A stretch of 64,000 bases of DNA from an uncultured cyanobacterium (GCA_963706595.1 OY970166.1:4992001-5056000), one strand, 5' to 3'; shown: positions 1-10,874, counted from the stretch's first letter. The notes: generated from the sequence alone by a model not told the origin. Numbers and translations are program-made.

Positions 1-1539
1 GTTCACCACGGGGTGAGAATTTCTGATAGTTCTTTAGTTGCAGCCGCTACATTGTCCAGTCGGTATATTAGCGATCGCTTCCTCCCAGATAAAGCCATTG
101 ACTTGGTAGACGAAGCAGCAGCTAGGCTGAAAATGGAAATTACCTCTAAACCAGAGGAACTGGACGAAATCGACCGCAAAATATTGCAGTTGGAAATGGA
201 AAAGCTGTCTTTGCAAAAAGAGACAGATGCAGCTTCACGAGAACGTTTAGAAAGAATTGAGAAGGAACTGGCGGATCTCAAAGAAGAACAAAGAACGCTG
301 ACAGCTCAATGGCAGTCTGAAAAAGATATTATCAATAAAATTCAGTCAATTAAAGAAGAAATTGACCGAGTTAACTTAGAGGTGCAGCAATCAGAAAGAA
401 ATTATGATCTGAATCGCGCCGCCGAGTTGAAATATGGCAAGTTAACTAATTTACACCGTCAGCTAGAAACCGCAGAAGGCGAATTAGCCAACGTCCAAGG
501 AACTGGCAAATCCCTGTTGCGGGAGGAAGTTACAGAAGCTGACATTGCGGAAATCATTTCTAAGTGGACGAGAATCCCGATCAGCAAGTTAGTAGAATCT
601 GAGAAAGAAAAACTGCTGCATTTAGAAGATGAACTGCATCAACGAGTCATTGGACAAGCCGAAGCCGTCACAGCTGTAGCCGATGCGATTCAGCGATCGC
701 GTGCGGGACTGGCTGATCCAAATCGTCCCATTGCGAGTTTTATTTTCCTCGGTCCCACAGGTGTAGGTAAAACCGAATTAGCCAAAGCCTTAGCGGCATA
801 TATGTTCGACACTGAAGAATCTTTAGTGCGGATTGATATGTCTGAATATATGGAGAAACACGCAGTTTCCCGGTTAATTGGTGCGCCTCCAGGATATGTC
901 GGTTATGAAGAAGGCGGTCAATTAACCGAAGTAATTCGTCGCCGTCCTTATGCGGTGATTCTCTTCGACGAAATCGAAAAAGCACACGCTGACGTTTTCA
1001 ATATCTTACTGCAAATTCTCGATGATGGTCGTGTGACTGATTCCCAAGGTCGGACAGTGGACTTCAAAAACGCAATTATTATCATGACCAGTAACATCGG
1101 TTCTCAGTATATTCTCGATGTGGCTGGGGAAGCCGAACATTATGATGAAATGCGCCGCCGAGTCATGGAAGCAATGCGAAATAGCTTCCGTCCAGAGTTC
1201 CTGAACCGGATTGATGAAATTATCATCTTCCACGGTTTGGATAAAAAAGAACTACGGCAAATTGTCCTGTTACAAGTAGAGAGATTAAGAGGAAGATTGA
1301 GCGATCGCAAGATGTCGCTGAAACTCTCAGATTCTGCTCTTGACTTTTTAGCCGAAGTAGGATACGACCCTGTATATGGAGCGCGTCCACTCAAACGAGC
1401 CATTCAAAGAGAGTTAGAAACTCAAATTGCCAAAGGGATCTTGCGTGGTGACTTCAACGACGGCGACACCATTTTTGTTGATGTGCAGAATGAGCGTCTT
1501 TCCTTTAGTCGCTTACCTGTGGAAGTATTTACAACCTAA
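1..1539 (+). CDS. clpB: ATP-dependent chaperone ClpB, C-terminal part (5' truncated by window)
   Basis: Frame open from base 1 (VHHGVRISD). [14 protein letters not shown], long coiled-coil M domain, NBD2 Walker [27 protein letters not shown]. Confidence 0.97.
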   Translation, partial: VHHGVRISDSSLVAAATLSSRYISDRFLPDKAIDLVDEAAARLKMEITSKPEELDEIDRKILQLEMEKLSLQKETDAASRERLERIEKELADLKEEQRTLTAQWQSEKDIINKIQSIKEEIDRVNLEVQQSERNYDLNRAAELKYGKLTNLHRQLETAEGELANVQGTGKSLLREEVTEADIAEIISKWTRIPISKLVESEKEKLLHLEDELHQRVIGQAEAVTAVADAIQRSRAGLADPNRPIASFIFLGPTGVGKTELAKALAAYMFDTEESLVRIDMSEYMEKHAVSRLIGAPPGYVGYEEGGQLTEVIRRRPYAVILFDEIEKAHADVFNILLQILDDGRVTDSQGRTVDFKNAIIIMTSNIGSQYILDVAGEAEHYDEMRRRVMEAMRNSFRPEFLNRIDEIIIFHGLDKKELRQIVLLQVERLRGRLSDRKMSLKLSDSALDFLAEVGYDPVYGARPLKRAIQRELETQIAKGILRGDFNDGDTIFVDVQNERLSFSRLPVEVFTT

Positions 1540-1555
1540 CACTCCTTTATTTGTG

Positions 1556-1598
1556 ATCTCCCCTCCTCGCTTGCGGGGAGGGGCTGGGGGTGGGGTGC
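1556..1598. repeat. GC-rich dispersed hairpin repeat (CCCCTCCTCGCTTGCGGGGAGGGG) between convergent genes; may act as a terminator
   Basis: Same hairpin core recurs inside the elements at ~45775-45798 and ~59944-59966. Confidence 0.75.
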
Positions 1599-1615
1599 TA
1601 GATTGCGGGACTAGC

Positions 1616-2191
1616 CTAAAACCATGAACTTGGCTGCTGCAAAAATGCCTTTTCCGATGCAGTTGAAGTCCGTCCCAAAATACTATTGCGATGAGGAAAG
1701 CGCCCAAAACGTGCAATTATTTCTTGATGACTCAATGAATTTTCAATTGCCTTAGCACTATCAGGATCATGACTCAGTTGCTGAAATAGCTTGACACACT
1801 GACGCTGATGGGTGAGGTTTTCACTGTGTTCAAAAGGTAAATAAATAAACCAGCGTTGTACAGGCAAGAATTGGCAATCATAGCCTTGGACAACTGCGTG
1901 TTGGGCGGCTGAAAGGGCTTCCCAATCAGTTGCAAAGGCTTCAGGTGTACCACGAAACATATTTCGCGGAAACTGATCAAATAGCAGAATCAGTGCTAAA
2001 CAGGTTTCGGCTGAATCAATCCAGTCATCTAGATATCCGTCTGCTGCTTTTTGGTAGGCTGAGAGAAACTGATTCCGGATTTCCTGATCAAATTCGGCTT
2101 TTTCCCTAAACCAATCAGCCTTGGGTTTGCCATAATCAGGTGCATCTGGCTCACCAAACCAAAATTCCAAAATAGTTTTTGCCTCTAACAT
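1616..2191 (-). CDS. DUF924 family protein
   Basis: ILEFWFG, DQFPRNMFRG, YLPFEHSE, RFGRFPHRN motifs. Confidence 0.9.
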   Translation of the reverse strand: MLEAKTILEFWFGEPDAPDYGKPKADWFREKAEFDQEIRNQFLSAYQKAADGYLDDWIDSAETCLALILLFDQFPRNMFRGTPEAFATDWEALSAAQHAVVQGYDCQFLPVQRWFIYLPFEHSENLTHQRQCVKLFQQLSHDPDSAKAIENSLSHQEIIARFGRFPHRNSILGRTSTASEKAFLQQPSSWF

Positions 2192-2196
2192 TGCCT

Positions 2197-2754
2197 TTAT
2201 TGAACCTTACATAAAACTTGTCGCATTTTACGCATATTTGCAGGCAATTCAAAATGCATGGCTTGTTGAATCACAATTGAAGGGATAGGGATATTAGGCG
2301 TAGCTTGGACTTGATATGCCAACAATGTGCCATCGCCAAAATCTTTGAGGTCTAAAATGGCTGTAAAGTCGAGAAAAGTCCCTTTTTGCATCCGGAATTG
2401 AATTTGTTGCCCTAGCAATTCTACGACATCAAGATAAATCTCTACTTGAGCCGTAAAAAACAAAAAACTTTTTTGTGCGACTTGATACACTCGCTTGACT
2501 TCACCCTTGGACAAAACTTCGCTTTTGGTAAGATCAGGAAAATATTGTACCCAACGAGGATAATCAGTTAATTGCTGCCATGCCTGCGATCGCAATAACG
2601 GTAAATACATACAGGCGGTAACAGATCCACCGCAGGCTGTGTGCGATCGCGTTTGCAACAAAATTTCACCTTGCATCAGCGACGATTGCTTTTCCTGACT
2701 CCAAGGCATATTCAAACCTCTAATAATCGAGTCTGAGATATGAGATGCAGACAT
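2197..2754 (-). CDS. SRPBCC / polyketide cyclase-dehydrase family protein
   Basis: WQQLTDYPRWVQYFP motif and START-fold size; GAGGAG RBS-like site upstream. Confidence 0.8.
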   Translation of the reverse strand: MSASHISDSIIRGLNMPWSQEKQSSLMQGEILLQTRSHTACGGSVTACMYLPLLRSQAWQQLTDYPRWVQYFPDLTKSEVLSKGEVKRVYQVAQKSFLFFTAQVEIYLDVVELLGQQIQFRMQKGTFLDFTAILDLKDFGDGTLLAYQVQATPNIPIPSIVIQQAMHFELPANMRKMRQVLCKVQ

Positions 2755-3009
2755 ATTAATTTCAGTTACTCCTCAACTTCTCCACCTGTCAGCACTGAAA
2801 CGGCAAACCATTCAATAGGATTTGATCCCAGCAAACAAATTCTCGTTTCAGTGCTATGCTGCCCAAACTAATCATTTTTAAGAAATTATTCCGGAATTAT
2901 ACTGTAAAAACTGTATTTCTTATCACTCTTTATGAAAACCATAAGTTAGTGACTTATAAAATAGAATATCAACAAAGCAGTTTTAATCTTGATTTGAGAG
3001 GCTAATTAA

Positions 3010-3204
3010 GTGAATCAATCTTCATTAAATCGGACATTAACCCAAATTTTTGGGATTCTGCTCGGTATTGGACTAGCCGTATGGGTATTGAGAGGTTTTG
3101 GGATTTTGACGTTTATTCCAGGTGGAGTTATTGGGCTATTATTACTAGGCGCGATCGCTGTCGGGATTATTAGCTATGTCCAGAGAACTTGGTGGCGCTT
3201 ATAG
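3010..3204 (+). CDS. Small two-TM membrane protein, function unknown
   Basis: GTG start after GAGG RBS; two hydrophobic helices. Confidence 0.75.
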   Translation: MNQSSLNRTLTQIFGILLGIGLAVWVLRGFGILTFIPGGVIGLLLLGAIAVGIISYVQRTWWRL

Positions 3205-3236
3205 TCTCAATATACTTCTAAAACAGGTAAAAAACT

Positions 3237-3401
3237 ATGGAAAAGTATGTATGTACTGTTTGCGGTTATGAATATGACCCTGAAATTGGTGATCCTGATA
3301 GTGGGATAGCCCCAGGAACACCCTTTGAAGATATCCCAGAGGATTGGGTCTGTCCAGTTTGCGGCGCGACAAAAGATTTATTTGAACCGCTAGAACCGTA
3401 A
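3237..3401 (+). CDS. Rubredoxin (54 aa; absent from the ORF track)
   Basis: Hand translation [54 protein letters not shown]; two CxxCG motifs. Confidence 0.97.
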   Translation: MEKYVCTVCGYEYDPEIGDPDSGIAPGTPFEDIPEDWVCPVCGATKDLFEPLEP

Positions 3402-3529
3402 GGCGGAAGTTAAAAGTTTACCCTGAGCGAAGTCGAAGGGTCAAAAGTCAAACAGCTGATGGAGTCCCTATTTATGCTTTGCTGTACTAGCCTAGAATTA
3501 GATGCCATATCATAGAGACATTTTTTAAA

Positions 3530-4768
3530 TTGCTGCCGTTAAACATTGTAGTTATTGGGGGTGGGGCGGCCGGATTTTTCGGCGCGATCGCTTGTGCTAA
3601 AGTTAATCCTCACGCCCATGTCACTTTAATCGAAGCTAGTCGTCAACCACTAGCAAAAGTCCTAATTTCCGGTGGAGGGCGCTGTAACGTCACTCATGCT
3701 TGCTTTGAACCAGCCAGATTAGTCCAAAGTTACCCCAGAGGTGGAAAAGCTCTGCGGGGTGCTTTCACCCGCTTTCAAGCTCAAGATACAGTCGATTGGT
3801 TTAGAAAACAAGGTGTACATCTGAAAACCGAAGCCGATGGCCGAATGTTTCCCATTACAGATAATTCCGAAACCATTGTGGAATGTCTGATTAAAGCTAC
3901 AGCCAAATTTGGGGTAGAACTACGCCTGGGGACACCAGTAATTGCTGTGAAAAAAGTTAACCCAGAAGCAGGATTTGAAATTCTGTTGAAATCGGGAGAA
4001 ACTAAAAAGTGCGATCGCCTACTATTGGCAACAGGAAGCAACCCTGTGGGTTATAAAATTACCAGAGAGTTTGGTCATCACATTGAACCCCCTGTACCTT
4101 CTTTATTTACCTTTAATATTCCCGATCCCAAGCTCAGAGCATTGGCTGGCGTGAGTATGAACCCTGTGCAGTTACGGTTAGCTGGTACAGGAAAACCTCT
4201 ACTAGAACAAACTGGACCATTATTAATTACCCACTGGGGAATGAGTGGCCCGGCTGTCCTCAAACTTTCGGCTTGGGGTGCGAGATTTCTCCACGAAAAC
4301 CGCTATAGAGCTACATTATTGGTGAATTGGTTGCCTGATTTCAATCAAGAAGAAGTACGGCAAAAAATCCTAACAGTGAAGTCAGAATGGGGACAAAAGG
4401 CGATCGCCTTACATCGTGGCGTTGACCTACCCCATCGCCTCTGGCAATATATTGTAGACCGTGCCAGTATTACTACTGAAGACCGTTGGGCAGAACTACC
4501 CAAACAAAAATTAAATCAGCTAGTCCAAGAACTGACTCAGGGAGAATATTTAATCCAAGGGAAGGGAGTTTTTAAAGAAGAATTTGTCACCTGTGGCGGT
4601 GTCGATCTCAAAGAAGTCAACTTTAAGACAATGGAGAGTAAGTTAATTCCCGGACTTTACTTTGCCGGAGAAATTCTAGATATTGATGGTATTACCGGTG
4701 GCTTTAACTTCCAAAGTGCTTGGACGACTTCATATTTAGCTGGTAATGCTATGGGAAATAGCGAATAA
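3530..4768 (+). CDS. HI0933/BaiN/YhiN family flavoprotein oxidoreductase
   Basis: GGGAAG, ISGGGRCNVT, LITHWGMSGP, GEILDIDGITGGFNFQ motifs. Confidence 0.93.
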   Translation: MLPLNIVVIGGGAAGFFGAIACAKVNPHAHVTLIEASRQPLAKVLISGGGRCNVTHACFEPARLVQSYPRGGKALRGAFTRFQAQDTVDWFRKQGVHLKTEADGRMFPITDNSETIVECLIKATAKFGVELRLGTPVIAVKKVNPEAGFEILLKSGETKKCDRLLLATGSNPVGYKITREFGHHIEPPVPSLFTFNIPDPKLRALAGVSMNPVQLRLAGTGKPLLEQTGPLLITHWGMSGPAVLKLSAWGARFLHENRYRATLLVNWLPDFNQEEVRQKILTVKSEWGQKAIALHRGVDLPHRLWQYIVDRASITTEDRWAELPKQKLNQLVQELTQGEYLIQGKGVFKEEFVTCGGVDLKEVNFKTMESKLIPGLYFAGEILDIDGITGGFNFQSAWTTSYLAGNAMGNSE

Positions 4769-4894
4769 AAAACACCACAAGTTTAAAAAATTTGGCTACG
4801 TGACTGAGTTTCCCGTATCCCAGGTTTTTTATGTATGCTTGCACAGAAATGTTCTTCTCTGTGCTTCAATCTTTTTAGACTTGAATACACCACC

Positions 4895-5935
4895 ATGAAA
4901 TTTAGCGAAATTGTCAGTAAACTTGCCGTATCTGCCGCAGATTATAGCCTCGGCACTAGCCAAGACCCAGAAATTACAGGTTTAGCTGCTTTAGATGAAG
5001 CTACACTTAACCATCTTAGTTACGTTGAAGGGGCAAAATTTGCGTCTCTGGTTAGCCAGACAAAGGCTAGTGCTTTAATTTTGCCCCCAGATAAAACGTT
5101 ACAGCTACAAGCACAAGAACGGGGTATAGCTTGGATAGCCACGCCAGATCCGCGATTGTTGTTTGCTCAAGCGATCGCACTTTTTTACCAACCATATCGC
5201 CCCAGCCCAGAAATTCATCCTACTGCGGTGATTCATCCCACTGCAAAAGTTGGTAACGAAGTTTATATTGGACCCCATGCGGTGATTCAGCAAGGTGTAG
5301 AAATTGGCAATGGTGCAATTATTCATCCCAATGTAGTAATTTATCCCGATGCTAAAATAGGCGATCGCACCACCTTACACGCAAACTGCACCATCCATGA
5401 ACGTACCCGCATCGGGAACGATTGCGTAATTCACAGTGGGACTGTAATTGGTGCAGAAGGCTTTGGATTTGTGCCTACCCGTACTGGTTGGCTGAAAATG
5501 GAACAATCTGGCTATACTGTCTTAGAAGATCATGTAGAAGTTGGCTGTAACAGTGCCATTGACCGCCCCGCCGTGGGCGAAACCCGCGTAGGTAGTCATA
5601 CAATAATTGACAACATGGTACAAATAGGACACGGTTGCCAAATTGGTATGGGTTGTGCTATTGCAGGTCAGGCGGGACTAGCTGGAGGCGTGAAAGTAGG
5701 GAAGCGAGTAATTTTGGCGGGACAGTCAGGAGTTGCCAATCAAGTTAAAATTGGTGATGGTGCGATCGCCTCTGCTCAAGCCGGAATTCATCATGATGTC
5801 GCACCAGGAGAAATTGTCTCCGGCGTGCCAGCAGTGCCTCACAAACTATATCTCAAAGCATCTGCCATATATCATCGTCTGCCGGAAATGTATCAATCTT
5901 TCAGGCAATTACAACGCCAGTTAGGGAAAAAGTAA
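4895..5935 (+). CDS. lpxD: UDP-3-O-(3-hydroxymyristoyl)glucosamine N-acyltransferase
   Basis: Hexapeptide repeats, GAEGFGF, IDNMVQIGH; probable start ATG 4895 (MKFSEIV). Confidence 0.95.
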   Translation: MKFSEIVSKLAVSAADYSLGTSQDPEITGLAALDEATLNHLSYVEGAKFASLVSQTKASALILPPDKTLQLQAQERGIAWIATPDPRLLFAQAIALFYQPYRPSPEIHPTAVIHPTAKVGNEVYIGPHAVIQQGVEIGNGAIIHPNVVIYPDAKIGDRTTLHANCTIHERTRIGNDCVIHSGTVIGAEGFGFVPTRTGWLKMEQSGYTVLEDHVEVGCNSAIDRPAVGETRVGSHTIIDNMVQIGHGCQIGMGCAIAGQAGLAGGVKVGKRVILAGQSGVANQVKIGDGAIASAQAGIHHDVAPGEIVSGVPAVPHKLYLKASAIYHRLPEMYQSFRQLQRQLGKK

Positions 5936-5982
5936 GCAATTAATTGAACATTATTAACTCTGTTTTGGGAAGCACTACTAAA

Positions 5983-6080
5983 TACAGCATTTTGCAAGTA
6001 AATAAAGTACACACCTTAATACTATAAATTTCGTGGGGTGGGCATCCTGCCCGCCCTTGTGTACGGATGAAATCTGCTGT
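5983..6080. mobile_element. MITE-like element with TACAGCA...TGCTGTA termini
   Basis: Terminal inverted repeats; inverted partial copy at ~37905-37967; similar termini at ~16806-16959. Confidence 0.6.
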
Positions 6081-6101
6081 AAGTAGAGTTTCCCTTACTG
6101 A

Positions 6102-8729
6102 TTAAACTTCTATTTCCGTTTGAATCTCTGTTTCAATTTGAGCCTCAACCATTGGGGTATAAATGGGAATATCAGCTTGTATTGCTTCAAAGCTAACAAC
6201 TAGAGAATATGGAACTTCAGCAAAAGGATCGTTATTCCAGCCTTCATGTCCTACTACTGCTATACAGAATGCCTCTTTTAATTGATAGGATTTTACAAAT
6301 GCCCAATCTTTTTGGATAGTTCCTATACTTCTAGACACATTTTTAATGCTTCTATAGCGTTTTTCTTTACCAAGAGTCCAGGTAAATAAGTCGTCTCCTT
6401 TTTCGGCATCTTCTGGAATAGTATGATTAGCTAACATTCTACCTAAAAAATGTTTTGAATCTTCACCTGTTTTGCTACAGTCCCAATGTAACCAAGTTGA
6501 TAAATACTTTCTTCTATTACGCCTTGTTCTACGTGGTTGCGCTTTGTATGATAATGTAATTTCCAATAAAATCTCAAATTCTTCTCCTGGTGATCTGAGA
6601 CTATCCGGTAATTTTACTTGATAAATGTCAACCTCTCCGGCTTTAATTAATTTTTCCCCTTGTGTGATTAGTGTAATACGATTAGGAGTATTACTAATGG
6701 CACGTTCAAGATTAGGAATACCATAGCCTATTTGACGAATTACATTATATTTTTCTTCATTAGTTTTTGCTAATGCCCAATCTGGCCAACGTGCTGATTG
6801 AACAATTAATGCTCGATATAGCAAACAACTTTCATTAGGGAATTCAGCAGCAAGTCTGGCAGCAATATGGGTTACTCTTGGTGCTGCAAAGGAAGTTCCA
6901 AAAGCATCCGCAGCAACTAAAGGACTAGAACCACTACCTAAAGTTGATCTTACTAATTCTGGGCTGGTATTGGTGTTACAAATCAAGCTTGGTGGCTGAT
7001 TATTATCTTTTAAAATATCACCACCATACTCTACCACTTCTGGTTTAATCGTGTCCCATATTCCTAAACCAGAACAGGAAAATGGTGATGGTTCGTCTTT
7101 TTCTCCTAATGAAGACCAAGATAAATCACGAAAATAATTTGACGTAATTGAACCGACTGTTAAGGCTTGAAAACTTTGTGACGGGTTGGCAATTCTACAA
7201 GAATTTTCTGTCAGATAATCTGGGTATTCTCTATAAGCCAATAAGTGCTGTTTAACGGATAATCTTGGTGAAGTTCGATAGCTATCTAAAGGAATATTCC
7301 CAGCAGCTACGATAAAAAGGATATCTTTTTCATAACTTAATTGGTCTATAGTAGATGCCCAAGCACTCATATATCTAGTCCGACACGGAGCATCACTAGC
7401 AATTGAATGATTAAAGATTCTCGTTGCTGTTTGACTATAGTAATAGTCAACAATACCTCTTAGCAAATTTGGGCGATCTATTCGATCAGACAGTCTACAG
7501 TTTTGATCTAGTATTCTTGAGTTTTGAAGCCAACAAACTGCTTGGTAACTTTCTTGTCTGGGAATAATTCTTGGATATAAAACTGCTCCAGCAACCCTAG
7601 TTCCATGTCCACCATTACGTACCATATCAGCAGTTAAATTCATTTCTGAAGGAATCCAAGATTTTGAATTATTATAATCAATGGCATTTTTTAGTAAAGG
7701 ATGTTCTTCTTGAATACCGCTATCAATAATACATACTTTAGGAGCATCTTCATCAGGACATTCTAAGATAAATGCATTATTTACATCTCCAGATATTTCA
7801 TGTTCAGGTAAGCCAGGTTCATAAATATTATCTTGTTCGGTTACTTCAAAAACATAAGGAAAGTTAAATACCAAGTCTTTTAAACCTAAGCCGGAAATCT
7901 GAATTAGACATGAAAAACTATCGGGTACTTTAGAAAATTGAGGAGTATCATCTACAAAGCTACTTAAAATTTCACAATGATACTTAGGATTTCCGAGGAA
8001 ATTTAATAAATCTTCTTGCCTTTCTGATGCTAAGTCATCCCATTCTTGATATGTTAGATCACGATCTTCATTCCATTTATTGATTGCTTTTACATAATTT
8101 TCAGAATTTTTATAATTTTTTTGCTCTGGATATTCAGGTAATTTGGTTTTAGGTCCCAAACATGATATGCCTACTTCAACTACATAAACTTGATCATCTC
8201 TTATTTGATCCCATTTCTCTAGTAAACTGGGAGATAAAATAAATTCTGGATATTGATGTTTATCAAGAATATTCAAAATTTTAGCGATTACACCCCCACC
8301 TCTTTGATTATTTATAAAATTTTCTATTTTCTTTTGTAGTTCACTAAGGTTAGTATCGGCTGATGCACCAATAATATATCCGTCTTCTAACTCTGATATG
8401 ATTGCTATATCTGAGGTTCTCAAATCATCTAGATCGAAAGTTTCAGTATCAATTTCTAATATTAAAGTTATGGCATCGGGAAGAGTAGATTGCTTATTTT
8501 CTTGTTCTCCTTTCTCTTGTCCTTCTTTGAATATTCGCCAATCATCAACCATGGAAGAAACTATGTTTTTAATTTTGCTTCCATGTCCTTGACGATTGTT
8601 CTTATTAATCTCTGTTTGAGTTTCTTTACTGCCACCGCCACCACCTAGAGATTTTGCTGGTTCTTTGTGTGTAAGCGTAAGATTAATATGTGGAAAACCC
8701 TGAGAACCTTTAACCATTTTTTTCTCCAA
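6102..8729 (-). CDS. S8 subtilisin-like serine protease (IetS/Y4bN-like)
   Basis: Catalytic triad motifs IIDSG, GHGTRVAG, GTSFAAP; VAAGN oxyanion motif; no obvious signal peptide; directly downstream of an AAA ATPase; AT-rich. Confidence 0.9.
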   Translation of the reverse strand: MEKKMVKGSQGFPHINLTLTHKEPAKSLGGGGGSKETQTEINKNNRQGHGSKIKNIVSSMVDDWRIFKEGQEKGEQENKQSTLPDAITLILEIDTETFDLDDLRTSDIAIISELEDGYIIGASADTNLSELQKKIENFINNQRGGGVIAKILNILDKHQYPEFILSPSLLEKWDQIRDDQVYVVEVGISCLGPKTKLPEYPEQKNYKNSENYVKAINKWNEDRDLTYQEWDDLASERQEDLLNFLGNPKYHCEILSSFVDDTPQFSKVPDSFSCLIQISGLGLKDLVFNFPYVFEVTEQDNIYEPGLPEHEISGDVNNAFILECPDEDAPKVCIIDSGIQEEHPLLKNAIDYNNSKSWIPSEMNLTADMVRNGGHGTRVAGAVLYPRIIPRQESYQAVCWLQNSRILDQNCRLSDRIDRPNLLRGIVDYYYSQTATRIFNHSIASDAPCRTRYMSAWASTIDQLSYEKDILFIVAAGNIPLDSYRTSPRLSVKQHLLAYREYPDYLTENSCRIANPSQSFQALTVGSITSNYFRDLSWSSLGEKDEPSPFSCSGLGIWDTIKPEVVEYGGDILKDNNQPPSLICNTNTSPELVRSTLGSGSSPLVAADAFGTSFAAPRVTHIAARLAAEFPNESCLLYRALIVQSARWPDWALAKTNEEKYNVIRQIGYGIPNLERAISNTPNRITLITQGEKLIKAGEVDIYQVKLPDSLRSPGEEFEILLEITLSYKAQPRRTRRNRRKYLSTWLHWDCSKTGEDSKHFLGRMLANHTIPEDAEKGDDLFTWTLGKEKRYRSIKNVSRSIGTIQKDWAFVKSYQLKEAFCIAVVGHEGWNNDPFAEVPYSLVVSFEAIQADIPIYTPMVEAQIETEIQTEIEV

Positions 8730-8760
8730 ACACCAAAAATTTAATTTAATTCTCGAAAAA

Positions 8761-9783
8761 CTAGGAAACTTTAATTTCTGCGATCGCTTCTTCTAAGTGT
8801 TCCTGAATCACTAACCCCTCTCGCTCAAGGATTGCTCGTTTAGCCGCATCTTGTGCAACCCTCACAGCTTGAGCAGCAGAAAAATCTCTCATCTGCTCAA
8901 TGATTCTTGGCCAGTTGATAGATCCCACAGCAATTGCAGATAGTGTTTCCTTAAGTATAAATTCTAGCTCTTGTTCTCCGGGTTTGGGTACTGCAATCAA
9001 ATCATCAAATCTTCTCCATAGGGCAGTATCCAAAGATTTATTCAAATTAGTAGCTGCTACCATCAGCCCAGAAGACGGTTGATACTCATCCAAAATTTGC
9101 AAAAATGTGTTTACTACGCGCTTAATTTCTCCTACTTCCTGAGAATCTTCTCGTGTCTTAGCAATTGAGTCACATTCATCAAGAAATAACAAACATGGGC
9201 TTTTTGAAGCGTCCTCAAATACCAGTCTCAAATTGCTGGCAGTTTCACCTAAAAAAGAAGAAACCATTGCATCAAATCGCACTTTCAGAAGTGGTAAACC
9301 TGTATTCCAGGCTAAACGCTCGGCTCCTAGTGTCTTTCCACAACCAGGAGGACCATAGAGCAGAATTTTTTGCCTATAGCGCAGTCCATGATGAGCAAGC
9401 CTATCTCTGGCTGCATACTCACGCTCTATTCGCTGGAAACGTTTCTCAATCTTCTCAGGCAGTACCATGTAATGGCGTAGTTTCTCCCTAGGTATGATTG
9501 TTACCAGGGGAAGATTAAATCGCTTACTGGTTGGTAATTCACTTAAAGCCTGTAAGTTCTCTGGTACTGAGGAATCATATTTAATGGGGTCGGGAGACTT
9601 TTCTTTGTTCGTTCTCTTTTTAGTAATATTCTCTAACTGGTCAGCAAGAAGAGTATGTCCTTTGCTGCGTTCTTCATCTATCACTAGATATGTGAGCTTG
9701 TCAATCGCCTCTTGATCTGAACTGGCGATCGCTCTAAATAATCTCTTGAGAAGCTCCCCTTTCATAACGCCTCTCAGTATCAA
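8761..9783 (-). CDS. AAA+ ATPase (IetA-like partner of the S8 protease)
   Basis: Walker A GPPGCGKT, Walker B LFLDE, AATN, WRRFD; start may be the second Met (MKGELL). Confidence 0.92.
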   Translation of the reverse strand: MILRGVMKGELLKRLFRAIASSDQEAIDKLTYLVIDEERSKGHTLLADQLENITKKRTNKEKSPDPIKYDSSVPENLQALSELPTSKRFNLPLVTIIPREKLRHYMVLPEKIEKRFQRIEREYAARDRLAHHGLRYRQKILLYGPPGCGKTLGAERLAWNTGLPLLKVRFDAMVSSFLGETASNLRLVFEDASKSPCLLFLDECDSIAKTREDSQEVGEIKRVVNTFLQILDEYQPSSGLMVAATNLNKSLDTALWRRFDDLIAVPKPGEQELEFILKETLSAIAVGSINWPRIIEQMRDFSAAQAVRVAQDAAKRAILEREGLVIQEHLEEAIAEIKVS

Positions 9784-9968
9784 TAGTTATTTTTTATCAC
9801 TTGGTACTATTGTACTAAAACAAGATGAATCACTAAAAATTATAACCTGATTACCCTGTTCATAATTACTATATTAAGCAATGTATCTGATTAATCTCTT
9901 TGAACAATTGCCTTGGGAGACTACGCCACGCTATTGGTAACGGCGATGGCGTAGGTTGTCGGTTAGTG

Positions 9969-10874
9969 TTAAAATCCTAATTTTTCTAACACTGGCTCAG
10001 TAGAAACAATGTGACGATCTAAACCAAGTTCCTTGGGGCTAACTCCTAAAGCCAAAGCAATCAACTGCGGTAAATGCAAAATTGGTAAACCTAGCCGTTT
10101 CTCAATCACTTTTTCTACTTCTGGCTGACGAGAATCTAAATTCAGATGGCACAGAGGACAAGGAGTAACTATACAGTCAGCACCGTTATCTAAAGCATCT
10201 TGAATGTGCATCCCCGCCATCTGGAAAGACTGGTTAGTAGCGTAACTAGAAAGAGGCCAGCCGCAACATTGGGTGCGTCCACGATAATAAATTGGGGTTG
10301 CGCCTACCGCCCGAAACATATTTTCCATGCCTTCAGGGTGGAAGGGGTCATCATAGGGCATATACTTTTGAGCGCGGAGGAGATAGCAGCCATAAAAAGC
10401 TGCACATTTTAATCCCGTTAACTTACGAGTCACACGTTTGGTAATTTCTTCTAAACCATAATCTGTAAGCAGGGCATAGAGAATATGTTTCACTTCGCTA
10501 CTGCCACGATAAGGTGAACACCCTTCTTTTTGCAACAAGCCATTTACTTGTTCAACGTAGCCAGGATTATCTGTTTGACATTGTTTGAGGTTTTCGTTGA
10601 CATGACCAATTACACCTTGACAAGTGCTGCAATGGGTGAGTAAGGGAAGATTTAATTCTTCTGCTAAAGCTATATTTCGGGCGTTGACAGTATCTTCGAG
10701 TAATTGGGAATCCTCTTTAAATGTGCCTGAACCACAACAGGCAGCTTTTTTAAGTTCAATCAGTTCAATTCCCAATGCTTGGGTTAGGGCTTGAGTTGAT
10801 AAATACAGTTCTCGGCAAGCTCCTTGAGCCACACAGCCAGGGTAATAAGCGTATTTTAGGGTCTGAGTTAGCAT
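9969..10874 (-). CDS. hdrB: Heterodisulfide reductase subunit B-like CCG-domain protein
   Basis: YYPGC, two CCG motifs, CSTC and CPLC; probable start MLTQTLKY. Confidence 0.85.
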   Translation of the reverse strand: MLTQTLKYAYYPGCVAQGACRELYLSTQALTQALGIELIELKKAACCGSGTFKEDSQLLEDTVNARNIALAEELNLPLLTHCSTCQGVIGHVNENLKQCQTDNPGYVEQVNGLLQKEGCSPYRGSSEVKHILYALLTDYGLEEITKRVTRKLTGLKCAAFYGCYLLRAQKYMPYDDPFHPEGMENMFRAVGATPIYYRGRTQCCGWPLSSYATNQSFQMAGMHIQDALDNGADCIVTPCPLCHLNLDSRQPEVEKVIEKRLGLPILHLPQLIALALGVSPKELGLDRHIVSTEPVLEKLGF

